Below are positions 25,245 through 38,295 of a DNA stretch of 64,000 nucleotides, piece after piece. Within the stretch, counting starts at the first letter, position 1. Every line of letters starts with the position of its first letter. This DNA is from Camelus dromedarius (lineage: Eukaryota), in the NCBI RefSeq assembly GCF_036321535.1, contig NC_087436.1:56298001-56362000 (forward strand), in the 5' to 3' direction. The notes beneath the pieces are model-generated. The model worked only from the letters and a program-made list of their open reading frames with translations. It ran no database searches and was not told where the DNA came from. Made by a program: the position numbers and the translations under genes.

Positions 25245-28200
25245 TAGAACAAGTGTCTTCAAAGAAACAGGCACAATTCAGAGCAGTGGTGTGAGAGAGG
25301 AGGTGAGTCTTTGAGCAGGACCAGGGATGTCAGAGCATGGGGTGAGGGGGATTGGAGAATGAGGATGAACACAGAGTGTGGAGGACCAAGCCAGGGCCCC
25401 AGCACCTCACACAGCTCCTTGCACAGTCACTGCTTTGCACTGGGACAGAGAGTTGTCACATTCCAGCAGATGCCCTTCAGGCATTTCCATATACTCAGCC
25501 CTGTCACCTAGGCAGCCGCATCACCTGGGGGCTCCTGTGTGCACCAGCTGTGAGACAGGGATGAAGCCGGAGGAGGAGGAACAGGAGGCAGAGGTGGAGG
25601 CAGAGTTAGAGGCAGGCGTGGTTAATGCGGAGGGAAAAATTGGGGTTAGGGAAGCCAGAGGGTAGGAGTTGTTGGGCTCTCCAACGCGCCTTGCTCTGTC
25701 AGGCTTAATGAGGGCAGATCCCACCCTCTTAGAGCCAGGAGAGTTCCGAGTGCAGGCCAGAGGTGTCCGTTTGTACGCACAGACCTTTAAAACAGCTTGG
25801 ATTTATTGTGGCTCTTAAGTGGCCCAGGCTAATGGCTTGGCATGGATAATGTCTTGGTTTAATTGGTTATTGTGAAAGATGTTTGTTTCTACTGTGGAAT
25901 CCCTTGTCCCTGCCTTTGGAACAATCCCTCACAGGCTCCACAGAGGAGCCTGCATTGGGGCGGCCACCACACCGGGGAAGCAGCCGTTCCACGGGATTGC
26001 TCAGACCCCAGCGGACACCAGGCTCTGAGGCACAGGAGGCTCCTCCTGGTGACGTGGGGTTTGTGTGCGTGTTCCCGTGGAAGGAGGGGCTGGAGACATT
26101 TCTGCTGATAACTGACCCCTGAGAGAGTCTTTTCAAGGCGAAATTGGAGGGGTGGCAGTAGAACTGACAGGCAGGCGGGAAGTGACCCCATCTATAGACA
26201 CCCATCGAGGCAACCTGGAGCCTGAACAAGGCAGTAGAGGTGTGGCCAGGAGGGAGGACAGCCTTTGCTAGGGAAGGTGACATTTATATTTCTGAGAGGA
26301 AAGAGCCTAGATGATCTTAATTCCTATTATGGCATTTCTTTCCAAGGTCACGGTATTTTTCTTAAGTCTTCCTAAGTCTTTTGACCTTAAATATATTTCA
26401 TTCCTATCCTCTTTTAAGATATGTGAAATATCCTAACCATTGGGACCCAAAAGCAACCTGGGTCCCAAAAGAAGCTGTCTTAGAGCTGAGCACGTCGAGT
26501 TACGTGTTTGTATGTTGGCACTCCCCTCACCTGTGGTCCATGAGTGTGGTTTGAGGCAGGGACCAAGACCGAGTCGTCTGTGTCCCAGAGCCTGACACAG
26601 TTCCTGGTGGGTGTATTAAATGAATACTCCCAGGGAGATTAAGAGGAAGGCATTTAACTGTGAAGCTGTATCTTATTGATTCATACATCTGTTATTTTTA
26701 CGTTCTCTGACTTACCTGTATCATATGTGTAATAACCAAGATGATTTCATGCAGAACTCAGAAAACCAAGCTTTTTAAAATATGTGACACTATTTTTTAA
26801 GTGGGCTTAGCTATAAAATACCTGAAGTTATGACACTTCAGCCACAACAATAGGGAACAAAAGCCTACCAAGTGGGCACGCCTCTTGTCTCCTGACACAA
26901 AATTTATACATGGGATTCACCATACGTAGCAAGTCGTCGCTCTCTCGTGTGCTTTTAGATGATTTTACTTTCCAAGGAGTTGTTTTGTTTGATTGTAGTA
27001 TCTTTAATTCACACTTTAATTTTTTTTAATTTGTGCTTTTGGTTATTGTCTTTTTTTGTTGTGTTTCCTTGAAGTTGAACATCTTGAGTGTGATGTTACC
27101 AGTTGCTACTTTACAGGAAAAAATGTTAAACTCAAGTTTGGTAAGGATTCTTCTTACTGATGAATCATTTACTCCTGGGCCGATTTCTCCCAGAGTTCAA
27201 GTGGAAGGACAGCTGTCCCAGCCAGCAGTCTCCAAAGTGGAGTTCACACCCCCACCCCGGCCAGTGAGCCTTTGGGGCAGAAAAGGAAAATATTAGCACT
27301 TCTGTGTCTATTCATCTCAGTCCCTACTTGTAACCTTAGGTATATTTTTTAATATAGTAACATACTGAGATATTATAGGTATATAACTTATAATGAAACA
27401 TAAACAAAATGTATGCTCGATTTTTTGACTGATGGGCTGTGCAAATATGTTTAGAGACCGCTGCTCCAAGCATGGGTGCGTTCTAGTGGGCAGTTCATCT
27501 CTCACCGGGGGTCCTGGCCAACTGAATGGGAGACAGAAGTCAGGTTCCTCCCAGCTCTGTGTCACTCCTGGTTGGTGAAGAGATGGAGAAATTACAAATA
27601 TGGAGACAGAGTAGGTTCTCCAGCCCCGTTGTCTTTCAAATGGCACTTTACTTGGTACTTTGTCAAAAAAAAAAAAAAAAAAAAACAGGCTTATGCCAAC
27701 TCAGTCTCTTTCCTCACTGGGAAGAACTCTTTACCATGACTTTCGAGGTCAGTGTCATAGAAGCCAAGGACTGAGCCTTATTCTTGGCCTGTTTCCAGCC
27801 CAGACTTTGCACTCAAAACATGGTATTTGATTTCTTGACTTCAAGTTCTTGGGCAATAGGCAGTTGAGGTTTCTTTCAGTGGTCCTCCCTGCCAAGAAAA
27901 CTGGTCATGTTCTCCATTACCCCTGGCAATCTTGTGTTGATCGTAGGAATGGGGTGTGGATTATACATTGTTGGGTACAATTACCTCCCGGAAGTCTTCT
28001 TTTAGACATCCCAGGGAGATAATTTGGACATAATGAAGATCTATAGTAATCAGATAATTACTATCGATTGCTCTTTAGATGTCTTGATGAGGTAATTAGG
28101 GTGTACTGGAAAGAAGCTAGAACTGATTGATTGGCATGACTGTAATCGCAAAGATTTCTAATTATGTTTCTTTTCTTCTAATGGCTTATAAACAAACATC

Positions 28201-30094
28201 ATTTTAGCTTTAGAATTTGTCAGGTGCCAGGTTCACTGGGAACATCAGCTTTCTCTATTATGCTAACTAGACACCAAACATGATCAACATAAGCTCATTA
28301 TGCCTTCCTGCTGAAGCAGAAGAAACCGCAATTAACCCTCCCTTTCCTTATTCGTCTTCATTTCCACACGGCCAGATTCTTGTCAAGGAATGGCGTGCGA
28401 AGTGTTGTGGGAGGGCGTTCCATGAGGAGCACGTGTAACTGTGGGCTGGTCAGATTTCAGTGGCCTGCTGGGGACCCTCGGAGCCTGCTGAGCTGCAGGC
28501 ACAGCAGAGCCAGGGCATGGTGACACGACATATGTGTTGGGGTGGCTGACCGGTGCGGTGGGCTGGGGGCTGGCTGACGGCTCAGGCTTCTGTCACAAGT
28601 AATAGCTACTCATCAGCTACCAAGGTTGAATATTCTCGGTGTCAGTACTCTCAGGCATCTGGACCATGCCCGTCTCTCCATCAATGGGCTATTGCCTCAT
28701 CTCTTCCATTACGCACTAATTAGAGGGGTCCCTGTCTGAGACCACAGTCCACATTACCCTCATATTCCCTGCACCTTATAGGACCTTTCAGCAGCTTGCT
28801 TTGCACAGAATAATGACTCAAAGATGATGGACGCTCAGAACCACTAAAGGAGCAATTTGAAATGAGCTGTTTCCATTTAATCAATGATGTTGGTAAGCTC
28901 TTCACTTACTAGACTACATTTCAGTGACCCCCCACTCAGTTTTCCACTATGACCAGCTATCTTTGCAGGTCGGGGTTCCTAATACCTGCGTGTAGAATAG
29001 CCTGAATGATCACCTGTGGGATGGAACCCCATGCTTTCAATCATGATCTCCCCAAAGAAAAAAATCGTATTTTGTGTTTATATCTGTATAAAATCTAGTA
29101 TTTTCCTGAACTCCTTAAAAAAAAAAAGTTATAAATGGCTGCCTGTTTGCATCACTGAAACTTTTAAGGCACAAGAAGAGCAAAATGCATAGGGATGGTT
29201 CAGACAGCATAGGAGGCTCAGGATATTTTGTTCATCGATAACTTATGGTTTGCTGATGTTTGGATAATTGTAGCTGTAGTTGTAAATGCTTCATTAACTC
29301 CCATTAACTAGACTGAGGAATGGAAGTAGATGGAGAATGTATCTTCATGTTACATCTTTATAGCATAAGTAAAGTTACATAGCAAAATTTTTAATCAGCC
29401 ACAGTTCTTGAGAAATGAGGTGTTTCTTAAAAAAATTTAATCTGAGTTTCTATTTATATTAATATTTGGTGCTGAAAAAAACCTTCCTACTGTTATCAGT
29501 GTATTTTCCTCTAATAAGACATCTAATGAGCATATTTTAATTTTTTGATATTTGGGAATTGTGTAATGGATAATTTTAAGCAAAAATTTTATCTTTGTAG
29601 GTAAAAAAACTGAAACAGAAAAAGCACCCAAAACACATTTGAAATTTTTATTTGTTGGCTGGTGTTACCAATCTAAGATACGATTTATTTTTTAGTTATT
29701 TGCCCCTTTCCCTAAAAGTTCATTGAAAATCTACTTACTTACCCATTTGCCTGCATTTCTATTTTTTCTTTTATTGATGTTTCTTCCCATTTTGGTTTTG
29801 TTTGTTACTTCCCTGCATCTGACTAAATATTCCACTTGTCCGTCAGGAGGTGCAGACTGTACTGAACGTGCCCCACGACATAGTGTGATGTGGATTGCTG
29901 AAACAGCCCATGGTCAGTAAGGGCCCAGTCACATGCAAACTGACCAGGGCCTCAGCTGGTGGGAGTCGCAGGGTCTCGAGGCTGCAGAAGGGACGCCATG
30001 CGTTGCAGTTAGGTGTGGCAGGGGAGGCACACTGGGGACGCATGTCACGGAAGTGACACAGGGCAGTCATTTGCTTTTGGGCATGTCGTTGCAG

Positions 30095-30244
30095 GAAGTT
30101 CTGCAGCTCGAGAGACAGATGGGAGGACAGCTCCTAGAAGAACCTAAGGCTCTTCACTTCAAAGGCAGCAGCCACAACCTGCGCCTGTCCATTCATGACA
30201 TTGCCCACTCCCTCTGGAAGAGCAAACTGCTGGCCAAGTACCAG
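30095..30244 (+). CDS. UNC5C: UNC5C coding exon (UPA domain)
   Basis: Acceptor gtcgttgcag|; [50 protein letters not shown]; donor CAG|GTAAGG; 150 nt. Confidence 0.97.
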
Positions 30245-31382
30245 GTAAGGTTCCCCAGCTGAACTAAAGGCTTGGAGACATCTCCGAGAAAGAGGGCTAG
30301 AATGATTTAGACAGAAGATACTCCCTTCCTTGAAAGTAATCCTACATCAGGACTTGCTTTGCCAAAATAGTTTGGGGTTGTGTAGGATTTTTGAAAAACA
30401 CTCTAGACATACTTGAAAAAATGCTTTTTTCTTAATTCTCTTTCAGGTAAGTGTACTATCATTGTTTTATTTTTAGTAAATAAGACTTCCAAGTCCATCA
30501 TTTCAGTTCATTTTCTGAGTAAAAGTTAATATGGAATGGATAACAGCCAGTCTCAAATGCTTTCATAGAAGAAAGAGAAGAACATGGTTATCCCATGTGA
30601 CACAAATGAGGCCCCAGCCTGGCCGGGACAGTGTCTTTACATTGAAAATTTAGAAGGAACCTCAGCTTGGAAACTGGAGTAGCAAGTAAAAATAAACGAT
30701 GGTCAGGATTTTATTAGAGAACAGCATAAAAATACTGGTCCCAAGTTCCAACGTATGTACCTGTGGGAAAAACAGGATCCTCCTCCCCTCCACCGGGCAG
30801 TCTGAGCTCTCAGGAGGCTGTGTGACGGGCTCCATAGCCTCAGAGCCCGTCCTGGGAGACAGACACACCTAGATAAGCAGGGATCCTTGTCTCCACGTGT
30901 GTAAACCCAACCCCGCACACCGCGCCACAGCTGAGCTGGCTGTGCCTTTCTGCTGTAAATCAGTGAGCATGCTAGGGGGGCTGAGGGGAAGGTTTTCAGC
31001 TGCTTTCTTACTCTCAGTCTGGTACTTAGACCGGAACTGTGGGGAACAAACCTAGTTCGCCACCAGTCTCAAACTTTGATGTGGGGGTGTGCTAGCTCTT
31101 CTGTGTAACTCAGCACTTGATTGAGAGATTGGCTTTAACTTTCTCTTTAAAACCCTCCCTTTGCTTTCTCCTTCCTCTAGTTTTGCAACTGCCATAAAAC
31201 TCCACAAATCTTCCCCTTTTATGAACAATTTCTTTTGCGTAGTCATAATGGAAAATGCTGTTTTTCTAATAATGATCATCTGATATTAGCACAGGCTAAG
31301 CCTGGTTCCTCCCACCTGCCAGACTCCCTTGTACTTTGGCTGATCTCATTTAACCCCTTCCTTTCAGGTACTCTTCCTTAGT

Positions 31383-31505
31383 CATCTTTCACAGATGAGG
31401 AAACTGAGGCATGGAAAGCTTAAGTAACTTGCCCCAAATCACCAAGTAAGCCAGGGGAAGCAGTCTCGCTTGTACTGAATTTGGCTCCAGAGCCTCTGTT
31501 CTTAA
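31383..31505 (-). mobile_element. MIR SINE
   Basis: acagatgaggaaactgaggcatggaaagcttaagtaacttgcccc is the MIR core. Confidence 0.85.
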
Positions 31506-31879
31506 CGTGTTCTCCCATTTTTTTTTAATGTGTCACTCTTTTCTTTCCTTTACTGAGAACAAGATTCTAGGGTGGGCTCTGCATGGTTGTCTAGACCCAC
31601 AGACAGTCACGTCCGTGAGAGGTTTGGTGCTCTCTAGGCCAAGAACTTTCCGTGGCAGCCCCAGCCTCTGGTTTCCAACTTGGAGTGAGTCTTGGGTTCC
31701 CCGTCCCCTGCATCATCCTTTAGACTTTCTGTGCTTTTCTCCAGGACAGCAAGGCAGGAACTCCTTCTAATGGACAATGAGTAGGATGTGTAGGTTTCAT
31801 TTTGGGAATTTTCTAAACCTTAAAAAATCCCTTACGATGGCTTTGTTGTCAATGACAGAGAAGTGGCAGACTTGCTTAG

Positions 31880-32070
31880 GGGTATGGGTTCTGGGGCTGA
31901 TTCCCTGGGCTATGACCTCGACTCTGGGTAAGTTATTTAACCTCTCTGAGCCTCAGGGTTTTCATCTGAAAAGTGGGTCGGGCTGTACTTGTCCACGGGC
32001 CTGTTGTGAGGATTAAATGAGGTGATATGTGTCACAAACACTGAGACAAGCACTTGGCAGCACTGTGTCA
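31880..32070 (+). mobile_element. MIR SINE abutting the UNC5C acceptor at 32089
   Basis: ctgggtaagttatttaacctctctgagcctcagggttttcatctgaaaa ... tgttgtgaggattaaatgag. Confidence 0.85.
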
Positions 32071-32089
32071 ACACTTCCATCTGTTTTAG

Positions 32090-32254
32090 GAAATTCCTTT
32101 CTACCATATCTGGAGTGGGTCTCAGAGAAACCTCCACTGCACGTTCACTCTGGAAAGATTTAGCCTGAACACAGTGGAGCTGGTCTGCAAGCTGTGTGTG
32201 CGGCAGGTGGAAGGAGAAGGGCAGATCTTCCAGCTCAGCTGCACCGTGTCTGAG
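32090..32254 (+). CDS. UNC5C: UNC5C coding exon (UPA domain)
   Basis: Acceptor ctgttttag|; [55 protein letters not shown]; donor GAG|GTGAGA; 165 nt. Confidence 0.97.
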
Positions 32255-35200
32255 GTGAGAGGCGCTCATCTGTCTTTGATCGATCAGGGAGGGACGGAGC
32301 TCGGGGAGGAGGAGGGGGGTGAAAAGTATCTCCACGGAGGCTCGAGGGGAAGTCCTGAAGAGCTCTCTGGAGGGCCTGCTTGTTAATAGAAAAAGAACAC
32401 AAGAGAGGATCCTTTTCAAAAGACAAGCCTTTTTATATGTTGTGACATGAATTTAAGGATAATGGTTTCACTTTTTACACAGATCTGAATTTCAAGTATA
32501 AGGTTTAATTTAGGTAGCTGCACATGGAGTAACTTTCCCAAAGCTTCCCCCCTGCACCTTGTTCCTGCACCCCTGCCTCTCCTCGGAACTCGCCCACCTT
32601 GGTCTGAGTGCGTGCTGCCTGCCCCTCCTTTTCCTTTTTTCTCTGTTGAAAGGAGAAATCTCTTGGTCTCCGTGCTTTCTTATACATCAGCCTCCAAATA
32701 GAAGAGATGCCTTTTTCCCCCAGGGTGGGAGAGATGGTCCCGAAATAGAAGTAACATCTCCACATTTTCCCCCAGTGGCCGCGACATTGCTTTGCCTTGT
32801 GGTGACCCTCACTCCCTTCAGGTGGGAATTTTTATACATCCCTCTTACAGAAGTAAGTCATCACTGATGTTTAAAACTTCTCTGGATAGAAAGAGGGGGG
32901 AGGGGCTCGTGATCTTAGCGGTTACCTGGCACCCCATAGCTTGGAGTTAGAACCGTGGAAATCCTTCAGGCTGCAGGAAGAAAAGGATACAGCCGCTGGG
33001 CAGAGGCAGAGCCTTCTGGCCCATGGAGCTAAGGTGGGCCCTGCTCTCTGTGCCACATAGCACAGAACTGTCGTATTTTAGGGCTACAGCAGGACAGTGC
33101 ATGATTTAAAAGACTGCTTCTCCCCGGCTGTCTCGTGCACAGTGAAGAATGAAATGTCACCACCGTGTTAGGTGTGTCTCGCTCCCCACGTAGTATTTAC
33201 AGACTGTCTTCCTTAGCAAACTCAGGAGGGTGCACGTCAGCCTTGACGCCGCCGCATCCCTTTCCCACAGCCCACGAGGCGTGGCCATCGTTTCCTCCTG
33301 CCGCTTCAGGAGACTTTCGACTCATAAACAACTTTAGTCACAGACCTCAGTGACATTCACAAGGCATGATCTTGGTGTCAGGGCGCCATGGCAACCGCCG
33401 GGCCTGGCGACGTGCAGGCCTATCTCCCGGGCCCACAGCACCACCCCTGCTGGCTCAGGAGGGTGTTTTCACTTTCCAGGCCCAGCAGGCCTGCAAAGTT
33501 CAGTAACCACCCAGCTCCAGGGACAACAAAGGCTGCGGACTGTTGTGGGGGAGGAGGAGGTCTACTCCTTTGATGCTTGCTCTCTGTTCAGCGTGAGTGT
33601 CTGCTGTGTGATGAAAAGGTGGACCAGCTGCAGCTGCCTCTGAAAGCGCGCCGGTCAGTCCTGGCTCCCCCAGCAGGCTCGCCGCCGAGAGACCGTCGTA
33701 TGGTCTCATCACAGCTTAAGGACTTTCTTTCTCGTGCCAATGTAGAGGAAAGATGATTTCTTTTGCAGCTTGGCAGCAGTCATCTCAGAGCACATTTAAC
33801 AGAGGATGACCCGAGTCAGATGACTTTGGGGATTAAGGGGCACTCTGCGGCTTTTACTTCTGGGTCACTGAGTCCCACCATTGTTGTTAGCATTTGAATG
33901 TGGTGCATGCAGCCCAGAGAGGATGAGTCGGGGGCTGATGTTGGGGAGCGAGGCTCTGCAGAGCCCTGAGGCCTGGACCCTCATCAAAAGCTCCAAGGAG
34001 GGGTGCCCTGTGATTGACAAGCCATAACTAACCAGAGAAAAGGCTCCGTCGGTGGCGTCTGTCTTCTGGACAGCGCTCCTTCCGAGGGTCACACGGCAAG
34101 CTGGCAGGTGGGCTGGGGGTGCAGTTCCAATGTTCTGTCTCCCAAGAATGAGCTGACTTTCCAGGAATGTGCTGCCCCACCCCCCAGCCACCCTCCACCC
34201 CTCATCAAGTTGCTAAAGCGACTTGGCCCTTGGCCTCCCTAGTCAGGAGGAGGACCTGCCCCCCTCCCCAGGAGAGCAGGCTGTGCTTGACATAGACCGT
34301 AGTGATGCCAAGAGAGCCTTGGCTAGAGATGCCTTAACTAGATATAAAGCCTTTAGTCTCAGAGATGAAATTTCAGAATGAGAACGTCTAGAAGAGTTAA
34401 GAATATGGGTATGAATGAGTATCAAAATGTAAATGATGAAAGACGTTGTTTTGAGGGCATGGGGAAGTAGCAACGGGGAAGCTACTCATCACCACCGAGA
34501 GAAAAAAATGTAGAAAAGAGAAACTTAGTCTCTTCAGGACTTGTATTTTGTTTTAACTATAGACAAAGACATTACAACCCTGTTAACTACTGACCCTCGG
34601 CACTTTTGTGCACGTAAAGAACAGTAGTAAAAATGTACAGAGCCTCACTCTGCTCTCGTCATCCTGTTTCCCTCTTTTGTTTTCTATAACCTGTTCAAAA
34701 CCACCCATGGGAAAATCTAGTTTTCTAAGTGACTTCACAAAGGACTGGATTTCTCCTGGGGAGTGTTGAAAATGTGAGCCATGGCAGCTGTTTGGTTAAT
34801 AGTGAAAAATCGTATGTTTAACTCAGGGAACCATAACATCAAAGACAGATGGTACCAATATCATAAACAGTTATTGTAATAAGCATTCTGTTGAGAGTAA
34901 ACTCTACTTTTACCTGGAAGTAAAGGAAGAACTAATAGCAATTGAAATTACCAGATGAAATGTAAATGCATGTATGTATGTATTTTTCTTTTACCTCCAA
35001 GGCTGTTGTCAGCCACCTGATAAGACAGACAAATTCTGCCCTATTGGATTCCTTTCCTCCACACAGGCAAAGTGGCCAAGGCTGGAGACTCAGGGTTTGA
35101 AGACCCTTCACCAGGAAAGGGGGGACCACATGGAGGCGTGAGCAGGCCTCCCGGGGAGCCATGCCCTTCGCCACGTCCAGCTGGAACGAAGCTCATTGCT

Positions 35201-37222
35201 GCTCCAGGAGGTGGACTTCTATCAGGATCTGGCTTCCTCCTCTGTGCAAGAAAAAAATGTATCATTTTAACAACTATGCACTGAATAGCTTCCATGTGCT
35301 AGGCACTTCCCTGAGGATCAGAGAAGTTCTGAAGATGACAAAAGTACTCTCACGGCCAAGAGACTTGGGAAGTCAAAGGACGTAACACAAGTACAACCAG
35401 CAGGCAGATGTGGATGGTGGGAACTGTGGGAAGTGCTCCAGGTCGATGGCTTTGGGTGGCTCTGCTTCAGGAAGATGCTTTCTGGTCCAGGCTTTGAGGG
35501 GGGTTACTTGACAGAGATGCAGGGAGAGGGCACAAGAACTGGCAGAGGGACATCCTTGAGAGAGGCCCTGGAAACAGGGAATGTCCTGTCTGAGGAGACT
35601 GAGTTGTGGTCAAGGCAACCTGAGGAAGGTGGGCAGATTTTCTGGTGCTGGGAGCACCTGGGGCCTCAGACCAGCCGACCAGGCAGGTTGTGCAAGTGGC
35701 CCTCAGCGCCTGGTCAGGGGAGCCCTGAGTGAGCAAGAGAGGCGTCAGCTCTGGGCTTTAGGAAGCTGAGTTTGGCCGAAGGGATAGATAACAGTAAGCA
35801 GCCAGGAGTGATTGTGGCCAAAATCTGGGGACACGAGAAGCCAGCAGGACTTCAAAGTGGGCGAGGGCTCTAAGCTGTGGGTATACCTCGGATTTCTCTA
35901 TGCCTCTGCCCACCCCAACCTGTACCTTATTTTATATCCAGTATAAGTCTTGGGCACTTGGGGCAGACATCCCCATGTCCATTGAAAACCACAGTCATGT
36001 GCCTTCATGTCACTCTTCTGGTCCCCGTTGTTTATGCTCTGTGCCTTTGAGGTGAAGAACCCTCTGTCCTCGCAGTCCCTTGCCCCGGGATGGACTCTGC
36101 AGTGCGACTGCATAGGTCTCACTGTGAGCCCTGGCTGCTATCGCGGAACATGGAGCACACCATCCAGTGACACTGGGACACAGACAGCGGCCCCCGCCGG
36201 GCAGGATTATCGAAGGATGGGAGGCTCCAGGCAACAGTGGCAGTGACCTCTGAGCTGAACGCTCTGCAAGACCTTTGAGACTTCCTGGTGGCTGGAACTG
36301 CATGTGGCTACTTTATCCTCCAGCAACTAATTATGTACACCAAGGAGTTACCTGCTTTGAAAAAAAAGAGAGATGACATTTAAAGTAGATTAAGTGGATT
36401 TTCTTTTATTGCTTTAATAGTTCCCAGGCAACATTTGTTTTTGCTCTTCCAACTAGCAGAAGTGATCAGAAAATGATTAGAGTTTCTCCTGCAGATGAAT
36501 TTCAGATTTTGCATTTGTGCTGTTTTATGAGCTGAAACTATCTTAAGAGCCAATTTATGGTTTTCTCTACTAAAATTAGATTTAAAAAAAAAAAAGGGCA
36601 TACCAGCGACTGGAGAATTCCATTAGCAACTTGCCCTGAGGCAAGGTACTATGTTCACCATTTTCTTTTGAAAAATTAGTCTTAATTTGACACCATTTAG
36701 GGGAGAGCCGTGTTCCATTTCATTCAACAAGGGCAGAACTGAGCTATCTCCTAGAAAGGTTAGAGGGAGAATTTACTGGAGCATTTGCCCAGGGCATTCC
36801 CCGCAGGGTCAGACAGTCTCTGGACTCTCAGATCTGTTCATTCTCAAAGAACTGCCCTTTTGAACAGTTCTCCGCTCCTAAAATCGAAACCCCTACGAGT
36901 ATTGATATTTCCTCCCTCACCCTAGAGAATCCTGTTAGAAAAGCTGTTCCTGAATTACACCTGAGCTTTCTATCTAGCCTAGCCCTTATGGAAGCCCCAT
37001 AAATCCAAGGCTGTGCAAAGTCAGCTCAAAGTGTACCTCTCCCTCTCAGCCAGGTCACAGAGAATCACGACTTCCGTTTCAGAAGAAGCTGTTCTTACTA
37101 AGGAGGATAACAGCCCTCATCTCTCCTTACCACTCAAAGCACAGCGTTCTGTTGCGAGGTTCAGTAAGGATTGCTTTTGTCTTCAGAAATAACGCTGTGT
37201 TGTTCCTGTGCCTGAACTACAG

Positions 37223-37401
37223 GAACCTACTGGCACTGATCTGCCTCTGCTGGATCCAGCCAGCACCATCACCACCATGACGGGCCCCAGCGCTTTCAGC
37301 ATCCCTCCGCCGATCCGGCAGAAGCTCTGCAGCAGCCTGGACGCCCCGCAGACGAGGGGTCATGACTGGAGGATGCTGGCCCACAAGCTAAACCTGGACA
37401 G
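37223..37401 (+). CDS. UNC5C: UNC5C penultimate coding exon (hinge and start of death domain)
   Basis: Acceptor gaactacag|; [59 protein letters not shown](R); donor AG|GTGGGT. Confidence 0.97.
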
Positions 37402-38129
37402 GTGGGTGTGGCCGGGCTCCAGGACTTGTAACTGTCAGGCTGTTTTGGGCAACATTCCTTTTTTTCCACCTGTAGATTTACTTACTTTCCATTCCACCAA
37501 CATGTATTAAGCTCTTACCTTGTATCTGGCACTGTGGTCTTGCAGACACGTTGAGAGACATCCTGGGCTTATCTGATGTATTTAAGGATCAAGTTTTGTA
37601 GTCCACTTTGCAAAGCTGGGGAGTTAAGTCCTCCTAAATAATACATCCATTCAGTAGCTATTGTCCCTCCTCTGTTGAGTAGGACCTAATGCTGGATGGG
37701 TAAGTAACGTGCTAAACACAGCATTGCTATTAAGTTATAAAAAGACCTCAGGAGCTGCTTTGTAGGACGTTGCCATCACTACCAACCAAAAGGCGTGGCG
37801 TGACTTGTCAAAGATGCTCAGAGCCTGGGCTGGAAAGAAAACATATGTCTCTTGATTTCCTGTTTAGGATGTGACCCGTAGACATCTTGTCTCTTAAATT
37901 ATCTTACTCAGAGTTGAGGTTAACAAAGTTAAACATCACGTCTCCTGTCTGGGGCTGATGTAATTAAGAGCGAGCTAGTTATTTAGGATGGCTCACTGTA
38001 AGCAACAGTTTCTCAAGTGGGACCAGGATGCTTAAAGAAATGCAGACACAAAGAGGTTTAGTAAAAACTGAAAGGAAACTAGGTCCATAAATCACACCAT
38101 TCAGGACATCTTCCCATTACCATTTACAG

Positions 38130-38295
38130 GTACTTGAATTACTTTGCCACCAAATCAAGCCCAACTGGTGTCATCCTGGATCTTTGGGAAGCACAGAACT
38201 TCCCAGATGGAAACCTGAGTGTGCTGGCAGCTGTCTTGGAAGAAATGGGAAGACACGAAACAGTAGTGTCTCTCGCAGCCGAAGGGCAGTATTGA
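38130..38295 (+). CDS. UNC5C: UNC5C last coding exon (death domain C-terminus, TGA stop)
   Basis: Acceptor catttacag|; (R)[57 protein letters not shown] at 38293-38295. Confidence 0.97.

Noticed and set aside
31383..32070. Inverted MIR pair as a dsRNA/editing substrate
   Set aside because: The copies are old and too diverged for extended pairing.
37274..37279. Apparent natural T835M Alzheimer-risk allele in UNC5C
   Set aside because: Codon counting shows T835 is retained; the Met is at position 836.
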